DNA of 64,000 bases, from contig JBDSAA010000211.1 of assembly GCA_039922375.1 (NCBI GenBank), positions 25,305-89,304 of the forward strand, read 5' to 3'. The notes beneath the pieces are model-generated. The model was not told the origin of the DNA, searched no databases, and saw only the letters and a program-made list of their open reading frames with translations. Source of the stretch: Ferruginibacter sp. GTDB taxonomy: Bacteria; Bacteroidota; Bacteroidia; Chitinophagales; Chitinophagaceae. Positions 1-8,928 of this stretch are shown here, piece after piece (positions within the stretch are counted from its first letter, which is position 1; every line of letters starts with the position of its first letter). The position numbers were made by a program, and so were the translations under genes.

Positions 1-1
1 A

Positions 2-838
2 TTTGATCAGTGGAAAACCATTCAACCCATTTTTGCTGAGAGCTTTAGAATACAGGAAGAAGAGACCTTCTATAGCATATTACCCACTGCCACCCAATAT
101 GCCCGTAATGCCATCTTTGCCGGAATGCTGCCGGTAGATATTGAAAAACATTTTGCTGCGCAATGGAAAAATGATGATGAGGAAGGCGGCAAAAATATGT
201 TTGAAGAAGAGTTTTTTAAAGGGCAGCTTAAGCGCATGGGCAAAAGCGATCTAAAATATTCCTACACAAAAATTACGAATAACCATGATGGGCAAAAACT
301 AGTGGACAATATTCATAATATGCTGCAGAACGACATTAATGTGATCGTATATAATTTTGTGGATATGCTGAGCCATGCCCGCACTGAAATGGAAGTACTA
401 AAAGAACTGGCGGGAGATGAAACCAGCTATCGCAGTATTACAGAAAGCTGGTTTATCCACTCACCGCTTCACCAGGCACTAAAGAAAATTGCTGATAAAA
501 AAGTGACTGTTATCGTAGGCACAGACCATGGAAGTGTAAGAGTAAAGACCCCGGCCAAGGTAATAGGAGATAAACAAACTACCGCTAACCTCCGATACAA
601 GCATGGCAGAAATCTAAATTATGAACCTAAAGATGTATTGGCATTTAAAAACCCAAAAGAGGCGGGGTTGCCTGTTCCTAATGTAAACTCATCCTTTATT
701 TTTGCGAGGGGGGATATGTTTCTTTGTTACCCGAATAATTACAACCATTTTGTAAATTATTACAAAAACACTTTTCAACACGGAGGCATAAGCCTGGAGG
801 AAATGATCGTGCCGGTGATTAGAATGACGAATAAGTAA
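2..838 (+). CDS. PglZ / alkaline-phosphatase-superfamily domain protein, C-terminal part (PorX-like response-regulator family). The 5' end lies outside the window.
   Basis: The frame is open from nt 2 (FDQWKTIQPIF...) into listed ORF 125..838. It contains a GTDHGS motif and the MLSHARTEMEVLKEL segment typical of PglZ domains. Confidence 0.7.
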   Translation, partial: FDQWKTIQPIFAESFRIQEEETFYSILPTATQYARNAIFAGMLPVDIEKHFAAQWKNDDEEGGKNMFEEEFFKGQLKRMGKSDLKYSYTKITNNHDGQKLVDNIHNMLQNDINVIVYNFVDMLSHARTEMEVLKELAGDETSYRSITESWFIHSPLHQALKKIADKKVTVIVGTDHGSVRVKTPAKVIGDKQTTANLRYKHGRNLNYEPKDVLAFKNPKEAGLPVPNVNSSFIFARGDMFLCYPNNYNHFVNYYKNTFQHGGISLEEMIVPVIRMTNK

Positions 839-905
839 CCCCCATTCCCTAAAGGGGTGTAACGTTTAGCTACCTGGATCAAGTCACCCTTTTAGGGATG
901 GGGGG
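839..905 (+). terminator. Long imperfect hairpin directly after the PglZ gene stop. No clear U-run follows.
   Basis: cccccattccctaaaggggtg (839-859) pairs with cacccttttagggatggggg (885-905). The stem is about 20 bp with one indel and the loop is about 25 nt. Confidence 0.45.
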
Positions 906-1006
906 TTATCAACGTTTGTTGAAAAAGTTATTTTTTATTGTTCTTCATTAATGTGAAGTTGCACTGAAATGGGAGGCAGCTTATAACGGCTCCCATCAGT
1001 CATCGC

Positions 1007-1276
1007 ATGAAATACACACAAAACATATTAGATAAAATAGAAAAAGTGGCTGAGGAAAGCGGGTATGTGATTCGCTATGAACGAGGCAATTTTCAAAGTG
1101 GCTATTGTATTCTGCAGGAAAAACGGGTAGTGGTGCTGAATAAATTTTTACAAACAGAAGGGCGCATCAATACACTTGTTGACCTGATGCCGCAGTTGGA
1201 TATCCACGTTGATTCACTTACCCACGAAAGCCAAAAGATGTATGACGAAGTGATGAGCATGGCACATGAAAAATAA
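1007..1276 (+). CDS. Small hypothetical protein (89 aa)
   Basis: Intact ATG ORF in an intergenic slot with normal amino-acid composition. I recognised no family. Confidence 0.5.
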   Translation: MKYTQNILDKIEKVAEESGYVIRYERGNFQSGYCILQEKRVVVLNKFLQTEGRINTLVDLMPQLDIHVDSLTHESQKMYDEVMSMAHEK

Positions 1277-1441
1277 CACCTTTTTCATTTTAACCAAACC
1301 TACCCTTAAGTTCTCCATCATTTTAATCGTTCCTTTTGTTTGATACCTGCATGGTAGCCATTAGTATGCTAACGTTTAATAAAATCTTATTTATTTGATT
1401 CCTCATCGTAGTTGCATAGGCCAAATCCCTAATTTTGCGCC

Positions 1442-2221
1442 GTGCAATGCCCCCCATTAACAATAACATTTCTTGGAACCGGTACCAGTAGCGGGGTTCC
1501 CATGATTGGCTGCGAATGCATCGTATGTACCTCAACCAATAAAAAAGATAACAGGCTACGAAGCAGTATATTGGTACAAAGTGCGAAGACTTCTTTTGTA
1601 GTAGATACCACACCCGACTTCCGAACTCAAATGCTGCGGGAAAATGTCAAAAAACTCGATGCTGTTTTGTTTACACACCCGCATAAAGATCATATTGCCG
1701 GCCTTGATGATGTAAAAGCATTTACTTTCTTGTCGGGTAACCCGATGGAGGTGTATGCAAACTCGCTAACTGAGGATGCATTAAAGAGGGAGTTTTATTA
1801 TATTTTTTCCGATAAAAGATATCCTGGCATTCCACAAATAAATTTGAATATCATTGACCTTTCGCCATTTGTAATAGGTGATATACCGGTGGTTCCCATT
1901 TTAGTGTGGCACCTGCACATGCCAGTTTTTGGTTTTCGCTTTGGCGACTTCACTTATATTACCGATGCCAACAGAATTGACGAGGAAGAAAAGGAAAAAA
2001 TACGAGGAAGTGAAAACGTGGTAATAAATGCTTTACGGCATAAGAAACATCTGTCGCACTATACATTGGATGAGGCCATTGCGCTGGTACAGGAATTAAA
2101 AATCCCCCAGGCATATTTTACACATATAAGTCACCAATTAGGTAGATATGATGATGTAAAAGAAAAGCTTCCTGTGGGTACGGCACTGGCATACGATGGG
2201 TTGCAGCTTTCTTTCGGCTAA
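1442..2221 (+). CDS. MBL-fold metallo-hydrolase (PhnP-like)
   Basis: FLGTGTSSGVP N-terminus, CxCxxC stretch and HPHKDH metal motif. The GTG start is uncertain. Confidence 0.8.
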   Translation: MQCPPLTITFLGTGTSSGVPMIGCECIVCTSTNKKDNRLRSSILVQSAKTSFVVDTTPDFRTQMLRENVKKLDAVLFTHPHKDHIAGLDDVKAFTFLSGNPMEVYANSLTEDALKREFYYIFSDKRYPGIPQINLNIIDLSPFVIGDIPVVPILVWHLHMPVFGFRFGDFTYITDANRIDEEEKEKIRGSENVVINALRHKKHLSHYTLDEAIALVQELKIPQAYFTHISHQLGRYDDVKEKLPVGTALAYDGLQLSFG

Positions 2222-2285
2222 TGGTATTCGGCGGCTATTGCAAATGCAAGAGATAGTCAGTACTTTGGTTACTTATTCCGTTACC

Positions 2286-3233
2286 ATGTCAAAACGTTTC
2301 ATTGCTGATTACTTTGGGTTTACCAAAAAAGAGCGAACCGGTATTTTTGTTCTGCTGCTGCTGATCGGCTTTTTTATTATTCTTCCCTTTCTTTTTCCAT
2401 TTTTTATTAAAGAAAAAACTTTTGACCATATTGCTTTTGCAAAGGCAATTGATTCTCTAAAAGTAAAACAAGCGGATAACGCCGATGGTTATGTAAACCG
2501 AAATGCCGGCAAGTTTGAACAGCGTTCCTCCACAACTTATAGCGGCCCGCAGAACAAAGGCGAGTTATTTTATTTTGATCCAAACACGGCCTCTGCAGCT
2601 GATTGGAAAAGATTGGGTATAAGAGATAAAACTATCGCCACCATCAGCAATTATTTATCAAAAGGTGGAAAGTTTTATAGGAAAGAAGATATTGGAAAAA
2701 TATGGGGATTGCACCAGGATGAGATTGATCGTTTGATACCTTATATCCAGATTAAAAACGATCACTCAACCGCAACATTCTCTGCTGAAAAAAAATATGA
2801 GCCCCGGCAATACAATACCAAGTCATCTGTAGCAATAGCTGTCGATATTAATTTAGCAGATACTACCGCTTTCATTGCTTTGCCGGGTATTGGTAGTAAG
2901 TTATCACAACGCATTATTAACTTTAGGGAAAAACTGGGCGGATTTTATAAAGTGGAGCAAATAGGAGAAACCTTTGGTTTGGCAGATTCTACATTTCAAA
3001 AAATCAAGCCTTCGCTCATGATCAGCAAAGATCAGCTCAGAACAATAAATATTAACGTAGCGACTGTCGATGAAATGAAATCACATCCATACCTGCGATA
3101 CGCCCTTGCCAATGCTATCATACAATATCGGCTACAACATGGAAATTATCTGGAAGTTGAAGGCATAAAAAAAATCATGGCCATTACCGAAGAAATATAT
3201 AATAAAGTGTCACCCTACCTAACAGTGAATTGA
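2286..3233 (+). CDS. ComEA-like helix-hairpin-helix DNA-binding protein
   Basis: N-terminal TM segment, then repeated HhH segments (LPGIGSKLSQRII, VDEMKSHPYL). The ATG at 2286 (MSKRFIADYF) avoids the overlap with the upstream gene. Confidence 0.7.
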   Translation: MSKRFIADYFGFTKKERTGIFVLLLLIGFFIILPFLFPFFIKEKTFDHIAFAKAIDSLKVKQADNADGYVNRNAGKFEQRSSTTYSGPQNKGELFYFDPNTASAADWKRLGIRDKTIATISNYLSKGGKFYRKEDIGKIWGLHQDEIDRLIPYIQIKNDHSTATFSAEKKYEPRQYNTKSSVAIAVDINLADTTAFIALPGIGSKLSQRIINFREKLGGFYKVEQIGETFGLADSTFQKIKPSLMISKDQLRTININVATVDEMKSHPYLRYALANAIIQYRLQHGNYLEVEGIKKIMAITEEIYNKVSPYLTVN

Positions 3234-3333
3234 TTAGAAAATGCTAATCTGTCAATTATGCTTTTTTGGCTCAACCAACTACCGTTAGTATTTCCAAAAT
3301 ACTTTAATTTGCATCTATAATCCTCACAATAAT

Positions 3334-4473
3334 ATGAATTTTCAGCAAAGCGAAATAACGACTCATGTGGCAGAAACCACACGCAATTTTGCACATCAAT
3401 ATATCCGGCCGCACCTGATGGAATGGGACGAGACACAGGAGTTTCCTTTATATATTTTCAAAGAATTGGGCCAGCTTGGTTTAATGGGCGTGCTGGTTCC
3501 AACAGAATATGGCGGTGCTGGCCTGGGCTATTTTGAGTACAATATAATTATCCAGGAAATAGCCAAAGTATGCGGCTCAATCGGCTTATCGCTGGCTGCC
3601 CACAATTCGTTGTGTACGGGGCATATTTTAACCTTTGGCGATGAGACACAAAAGCAAAAATATTTACCTAAGCTAGCCGCTGCTGAATACCTAGGGGCAT
3701 GGGGACTTACAGAACCCAATACTGGCAGCGATGCAGGCAATATGAAAACAACTGCAGTAAAAGATGGCGATGAATGGATATTGAACGGGACAAAAAACTG
3801 GATCACTCATGGCAAGAGTGGCGATGTAGCGGTGGTTATTTGCCGCACCGGCGAACCAAGAACAAAAGACAATTGCACTTCGTTTATCGTAGACCGTGGT
3901 ACGCCGGGATTTAGCGCCGGCAAAAAAGAAAATAAATTAGGAATGAGGGCGAGTGAAACTGCTGAAATGATATTTGACAATTGCCGTATCCCTGACGCAA
4001 ACAGGATGGGAGATGTGGGCGCAGGATTTAAGCAATCGATGAAAGTACTGGATGGCGGACGAATCTCCATTGCTGCATTGAGCCTCGGTATTGCAAAGGG
4101 AGCTTACGAAGCATCGGTACAATATGCTAAAGAGCGGCACCAGTTTGATCAGCCGATCGGCAATTTCCAAGGCATAAGTTTTAAGTTGGCCGATATGGCC
4201 ACCGATATTGCTGCCAGTGAGTTACTCATCAACCAGGCATGCGATTTAAAAAACCAGGGACTACCCGTAACAAAAGAGGCAGCCATGGCAAAATATTATG
4301 CCAGCGAAGTAGCAGTAAGGGTAAGTACAGATGCGGTGCAAATATTTGGCGGGTACGGTTATACGAAAGACTTTCCGGTTGAAAAATTTTATAGAGATAG
4401 TAAACTTTGCACGATCGGCGAGGGTACAAGTGAGATTCAAAAACTAGTCATTAGCCGGGAAGTATTAAGGTAG
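3334..4473 (+). CDS. Acyl-CoA dehydrogenase (short/butyryl-CoA type)
   Basis: Full-length ACAD architecture. It has GLTEPNTGSD, GGYGYTKDFPVEKFYRD and the catalytic-region IGEGTSEIQ. Confidence 0.9.
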   Translation: MNFQQSEITTHVAETTRNFAHQYIRPHLMEWDETQEFPLYIFKELGQLGLMGVLVPTEYGGAGLGYFEYNIIIQEIAKVCGSIGLSLAAHNSLCTGHILTFGDETQKQKYLPKLAAAEYLGAWGLTEPNTGSDAGNMKTTAVKDGDEWILNGTKNWITHGKSGDVAVVICRTGEPRTKDNCTSFIVDRGTPGFSAGKKENKLGMRASETAEMIFDNCRIPDANRMGDVGAGFKQSMKVLDGGRISIAALSLGIAKGAYEASVQYAKERHQFDQPIGNFQGISFKLADMATDIAASELLINQACDLKNQGLPVTKEAAMAKYYASEVAVRVSTDAVQIFGGYGYTKDFPVEKFYRDSKLCTIGEGTSEIQKLVISREVLR

Positions 4474-4716
4474 CAACGAAAGGCAGGAAAAGTGAATGTG
4501 GTAAAAAAGATATACCCCGTAAATAGGGTTCCGTGGTATGGATTTAAGTTTGAAAGCGCCTTTTTTTATTAGTGATAATAGGAACGCATATTGTAACCTT
4601 TCACAAAGGTTACAATATCCAGATCGTTTTGGGAAAAGGCAATCTTCACTTAAAACAATCAAACCTAAGGGAATTTGTTGGAGTAGGATTTTCTGGTAAC
4701 AAAACAGGTGAGGCAT

Positions 4717-5031
4717 TTATGCCTGGGCTGTTGGACCCCCAAAAGTAAAAGGAACCTCGATCTGTTCCATATCCTGTATAGTGCCATTGGCCGTTTCAAA
4801 TTTCTTTACATTTTCTATCATAGCTTTCATGAAACGCTTTGCGTGAAATGGTGTGAGTATAATTCTGCTTTTAACCTTGCTCTTGGGAGTTCCGGGCATC
4901 ACATTTACAAAATCAATTACAAACTCAGCATGGCTATGTGTAATGATTGCAAGATTTGCATATGATCCCTCAGAAACTTCTTCGGAAATCTCAATATTTA
5001 GTTGACCAGGTTGTTCAGGTAGGCTGTTCAT
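4717..5031 (-). CDS. DUF3467 domain protein
   Basis: YANLAIITHSHAEFVIDFV...RIILTPFHAKRF pattern typical of DUF3467. Confidence 0.75.
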   Translation of the reverse strand: MNSLPEQPGQLNIEISEEVSEGSYANLAIITHSHAEFVIDFVNVMPGTPKSKVKSRIILTPFHAKRFMKAMIENVKKFETANGTIQDMEQIEVPFTFGGPTAQA

Positions 5032-5161
5032 ATTCTTTCTATTAATTGTTTCTGCAAAGATAAATACAAACTACTCCAATAACGGGAGCTTTTTTGTTGG
5101 TACCGTTTTCTGATTTGAGCATAAGTGGTTTTAGGTCCCTTTAGCAGGTAAATGGCTGATG

Positions 5162-7231
5162 CTAAAACTGAAACTCGGCTTGTATTTTTAATTCAGTTTT
5201 TTTATTGCCCGTTATTTCATCAAGCCCTGAGCCGATAACGTTTTTCCCATTGAAAATCGTTTGAGCAAACCTTAACCACACTGTTAACTTTTTACTTACA
5301 TCATAATTGACATTAACATAATACCGATAACCTTTATCATAAAATACGGGAATAGAGAAACTATACAAAACATCATTTTCATAAGCGTACAACCGGCTGT
5401 CATATCCATCTGTTTCAAAATATTGTAACCGGATACTCACTGAATATTGCTTCATCATTGGTTTAATGATGAAGTCTGCGTAGGTCAGGAATCCATGTTG
5501 AGCATCGGCTCCTTTTTTATCATACCAAACCATTTCTGTCCGGCTGCGCAGGGTTAATACACTGTTTAATTTATAGCTGATATTTGAGCGTATATTTTGC
5601 TTTTGTTTAGCCATTACGGGTGTAATTATCAGATCTGCCGGGTTATAATTTTTATCTTTTACTTCTGTGCGGTAGCGAACATACATATCCAATCGTTTGT
5701 TCGGTTTATAAGTTGCCTGCACCATGTATTCCGTACCGGACGAGGGCGCATTCACCAGGTATTTCAACCAGGGAAATTTATAGAAATCGGCATAGGCATC
5801 AATACGCCAATGAATGTGCGGCCTTACACTGATGCCTGCATACAAACCTTTTTCATTTGTAGGAAAAGTGTTTTCAGTAAACGCATTCGCATACAACGAC
5901 TGGTAGCTTTTTGAAATATTCCTGTACAAAAAACTCATATCAACTTTTGAATCCACACTAATGATTACTCCATTTAAAAAAGCTTTGTCCAATCTATTGG
6001 TTATAGCGGCTTCGCCAAAAAAGTGAAGATTTTTGTATCCGTAACTATAATCCAAACTGTAATTGCCAAAGCTTTTTCCTGCTATTGAGTACATTGAATA
6101 TAAGTTGGCGGCTTTTACAATAGGCAGTTTAAATTGATACTGCACACCATTAATGCCTAAATGAAATTTACCGTTGTATGCAACATTGCCTCCAATGGTC
6201 AACTGGCGTTGCACACCCTTATCTGCGATCTCATTGTTGGTACGGTGAAAGCCAGAAGTTTGAAAAGAAGAAACGTAATCTTCATTACTTAATGTGTCAT
6301 TTACAAAATTTGCATCTACATTTTTATATGAAACAAATGCAGTGGCCTCCACGTTATTTTTAGCAAGCGTGATACCAACACCCCTGTGAAAATTGATTTC
6401 GCCTGCTGAATTGTAAGGCCTCAATACTGCCAATTGGCGTTTGATATTGGTAACATCTGCGCTTTTCTTAAATGCAAGACTCTGCCATTGTGTTAGGCCC
6501 TGGCCAAGATTAACAGTAAAATCCCCAACCGCCAGCGATTTGATAATACCAATATTTCGTGCAAAAAGGTGCGCAGAGTAAAAATCAAACCCACTTTTTT
6601 GAGTGCCCTTAAAAAATTGTTCCCCTGCATCTTTTTCTCCAACAATACCGTACTGCAGCAAATTCTTAAACTGGTATTTGTATCTCATAAAAACCTTTTG
6701 TCTTGATCCCGGATAATAGCTTGTGGTACCTGAAGGGTCCACCTTAAATCCTTTTTGTTTTTCCAATATTTGAGTTGCTCTTGCCAGCAAACTATTGCTG
6801 CCGCCTTTAAGGCGTTCCCGTAAAGAGACAAATAGGTTTTGCGGTGTACTCACTGTAATGTATGGCCGAATACGCCCGATCAATGCAAGATCCAATCCCG
6901 GCACAGCCTGCAACTCATATATACTGATGAAATTGCCGAATAAGATTCTATAGCTGATGATCTGCTGAATCTGAAGGGGTGAGAGGATCATTAGCTCCTT
7001 CAGGGTTGCAAAGTCAGCACTGTTTAGGTTAGCGGGGTTATTTAAAAAATACCGCATTGATTGTAAGAATGAATCATCCTCTGTTTCGGCATCTTCGTTG
7101 TTTTCGGTAGCGGCTTCTAATTGCTGTTCGATAATAGCAGGGGCAACTGGAACCTGGCAGTAAGAAGGAAAAGGCAGGAGGCAGAATACGAATGCAATAA
7201 AAGAAAATAATATTTTTTTTATAATAGTCAT
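5162..7231 (-). CDS. Helix-hairpin-helix domain protein with a C-terminal beta-barrel-like region
   Basis: Signal peptide, ComEA-like HhH segments near the N-terminus, then alternating-hydrophobic beta-strand-like sequence ending in an aromatic F. Confidence 0.6.
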   Translation of the reverse strand: MTIIKKILFSFIAFVFCLLPFPSYCQVPVAPAIIEQQLEAATENNEDAETEDDSFLQSMRYFLNNPANLNSADFATLKELMILSPLQIQQIISYRILFGNFISIYELQAVPGLDLALIGRIRPYITVSTPQNLFVSLRERLKGGSNSLLARATQILEKQKGFKVDPSGTTSYYPGSRQKVFMRYKYQFKNLLQYGIVGEKDAGEQFFKGTQKSGFDFYSAHLFARNIGIIKSLAVGDFTVNLGQGLTQWQSLAFKKSADVTNIKRQLAVLRPYNSAGEINFHRGVGITLAKNNVEATAFVSYKNVDANFVNDTLSNEDYVSSFQTSGFHRTNNEIADKGVQRQLTIGGNVAYNGKFHLGINGVQYQFKLPIVKAANLYSMYSIAGKSFGNYSLDYSYGYKNLHFFGEAAITNRLDKAFLNGVIISVDSKVDMSFLYRNISKSYQSLYANAFTENTFPTNEKGLYAGISVRPHIHWRIDAYADFYKFPWLKYLVNAPSSGTEYMVQATYKPNKRLDMYVRYRTEVKDKNYNPADLIITPVMAKQKQNIRSNISYKLNSVLTLRSRTEMVWYDKKGADAQHGFLTYADFIIKPMMKQYSVSIRLQYFETDGYDSRLYAYENDVLYSFSIPVFYDKGYRYYVNVNYDVSKKLTVWLRFAQTIFNGKNVIGSGLDEITGNKKTELKIQAEFQF

Positions 7232-7278
7232 CTAAGTTAGATAATGAACGTAAACAAAGTGGCAAACTGTGCAAAACC

Positions 7279-8133
7279 TCAGAACCCCCCGTGGGGGGCA
7301 GGGGGGCTTTTCATGATGATCAATAACAATCCGGGCGACCAACCCAATTGAGGATGATAACTACCGGTGATGTCCAGCCGCAAATTTTTCCACCCAATAC
7401 CCACTCCTCCGTAAGCCGCCGAAGAGGCAGTCGAAATGCCTGCCCTGGCAAAAAACTGTTTTACAAATTGGTATTGCACTCCTGCATTAACATGTACAGG
7501 CTGTTCCTTTACTTTTACTACTTCCGCACTCACAAAAAATTTGTCCGAAGCATCATACCCTATCCCAGCTTTGTAAACGGCTGCTAGCTGCTCCCCTGTT
7601 TTAGCAAATTTTCCACCCATTGGATTGTACACATGAACACCTGTGTGCAACTGTTCTGTTAAATGGATAATTGCTCCGATTTCAAAATTGACGGCATTAG
7701 AGCTGTTGTAAGCAGGCACACGATAACCGTGGTAATTAAACTGAATACCTATATCAACCAACGAACCCAGGCTCCTGGCGTAGGTTAATCCCAACTGGTA
7801 CTCGTTGTAATTTTTGAAACCGGCGTAAACAAGGTTAATGCCGAAATTGCCCATGCTGGCAGGAACCTGAATGGCAGCAGCATACAGACTAGTGGCAGTC
7901 AGCAAAAACTTCCTTTCGCCATACACCCCTGCAGCAGTATTTTTTGCCTGCGCAAGTGCTGCCTGGTTGTTTCGAAAAGAAAAAACATCATTTTGTTTGG
8001 TACTGTAGGATCCCAGCCCGGTATAGCTGGCAGATAAAGGTTCACGAAACGTTTGGGCAATTGATGTCGGCACAACTATAAATAACAACGCAGATAAAGT
8101 AAGTAAGGGTTTGCTTAAGGGTACCGTTTTCAT
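7279..8133 (-). CDS. Putative outer-membrane beta-barrel protein
   Basis: Signal peptide ending in AQ, G/Y/A-rich alternating strands, co-oriented with the upstream HhH protein. No precise family assigned. Confidence 0.5.
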   Translation of the reverse strand: MKTVPLSKPLLTLSALLFIVVPTSIAQTFREPLSASYTGLGSYSTKQNDVFSFRNNQAALAQAKNTAAGVYGERKFLLTATSLYAAAIQVPASMGNFGINLVYAGFKNYNEYQLGLTYARSLGSLVDIGIQFNYHGYRVPAYNSSNAVNFEIGAIIHLTEQLHTGVHVYNPMGGKFAKTGEQLAAVYKAGIGYDASDKFFVSAEVVKVKEQPVHVNAGVQYQFVKQFFARAGISTASSAAYGGVGIGWKNLRLDITGSYHPQLGWSPGLLLIIMKSPPAPHGGF

Positions 8134-8157
8134 TCTTAAACAATATATGTTAAATAA

Positions 8158-8350
8158 GTGAAAGGTGAATGGTGAAGGTGAATCAATGTCGTTTACTTAG
8201 ATGCATTTCATGCAAAGAAAACAAAGGAGCAAAGACGCAAGGAGATTGTTTCCTTCTTTGCGTCTTGTCATGGTTTTCTTGGCGACTTTGCGTGAAAGCT
8301 TAAATAAATGACATCGATTCATCGTCACCATTCACCCCTTCACCATTGAA
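8158..8350. repeat. Long imperfect palindrome of about 190 bp (nested inverted repeats) in the intergenic region
   Basis: Outer arms: ggtgaatggtgaaggtgaatcaatgtcgttta versus taaatgacatcgattcatcgtcaccattcacc. Inner arms: aaagacgcaaggag / ccttctttgcgtctt and tttcatgcaaag / ctttgcgtgaaa. Confidence 0.7.
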
Positions 8351-8362
8351 CATTGACCTTCC

Positions 8363-8803
8363 TCAGCTTCCCGCTTTAAAAATATCTTTAAAAATATTGC
8401 CTTCAGATAGATCTTCAATATCACTTAATTGAAGTTCAAGCGCCTTTGTACTTTTGTTGATTTCTAAAAGGGATAAAATAATAGAAAATAACAGGAACAA
8501 TAAACTAAATGCAAATACCCAGTAGGCCAGCATCATCCAGCCGCGAAAAATAAGGTACATACATATTACACAACACAAAAAACTCAACACACCAAAACTT
8601 TGCATATACCGTATCAGGTTTAATCGGGTACGGATACTTCTGATCTGTCTCAATATATTTTTCTCCTTTTCCCCTTTCATGTATTCACCATGCAAGGTTC
8701 GAACCAACGCTGCCAAGGATAAAAACCGATTAGTGTAAGCCAACATCAACAAAGTGATGGCAGGAAATAACAATGCAGGGGTATTAATGGAAAGCTCTAA
8801 CAT
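8363..8803 (-). CDS. DUF2721 domain membrane protein
   Basis: N-terminal PALLFPAITLLMLAYTNRF motif plus two further TM helices. Confidence 0.75.
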   Translation of the reverse strand: MLELSINTPALLFPAITLLMLAYTNRFLSLAALVRTLHGEYMKGEKEKNILRQIRSIRTRLNLIRYMQSFGVLSFLCCVICMYLIFRGWMMLAYWVFAFSLLFLLFSIILSLLEINKSTKALELQLSDIEDLSEGNIFKDIFKAGS

Positions 8804-8928
8804 GTATTAAAATTACACAACACTTTGGGTAAATACATCAATGATATTGAGTGAAGTCAACGATCAACATTCCCTGGTTGCTTTAAATATCTTTATACCA
8901 TAATCATCATCAAAAATTAACAAAAAAA

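Noticed and set aside
2196-2285. The upstream start (2196) for the ComEA-like gene, which overlaps the MBL hydrolase gene by 26 nt.
   Set aside because: The ATG at 2286 begins with a plausible cytoplasmic tail and TM anchor (MSKRFIADYFGFTKKERTGIFVLLLL). The 30 extra residues have no features and are not needed.
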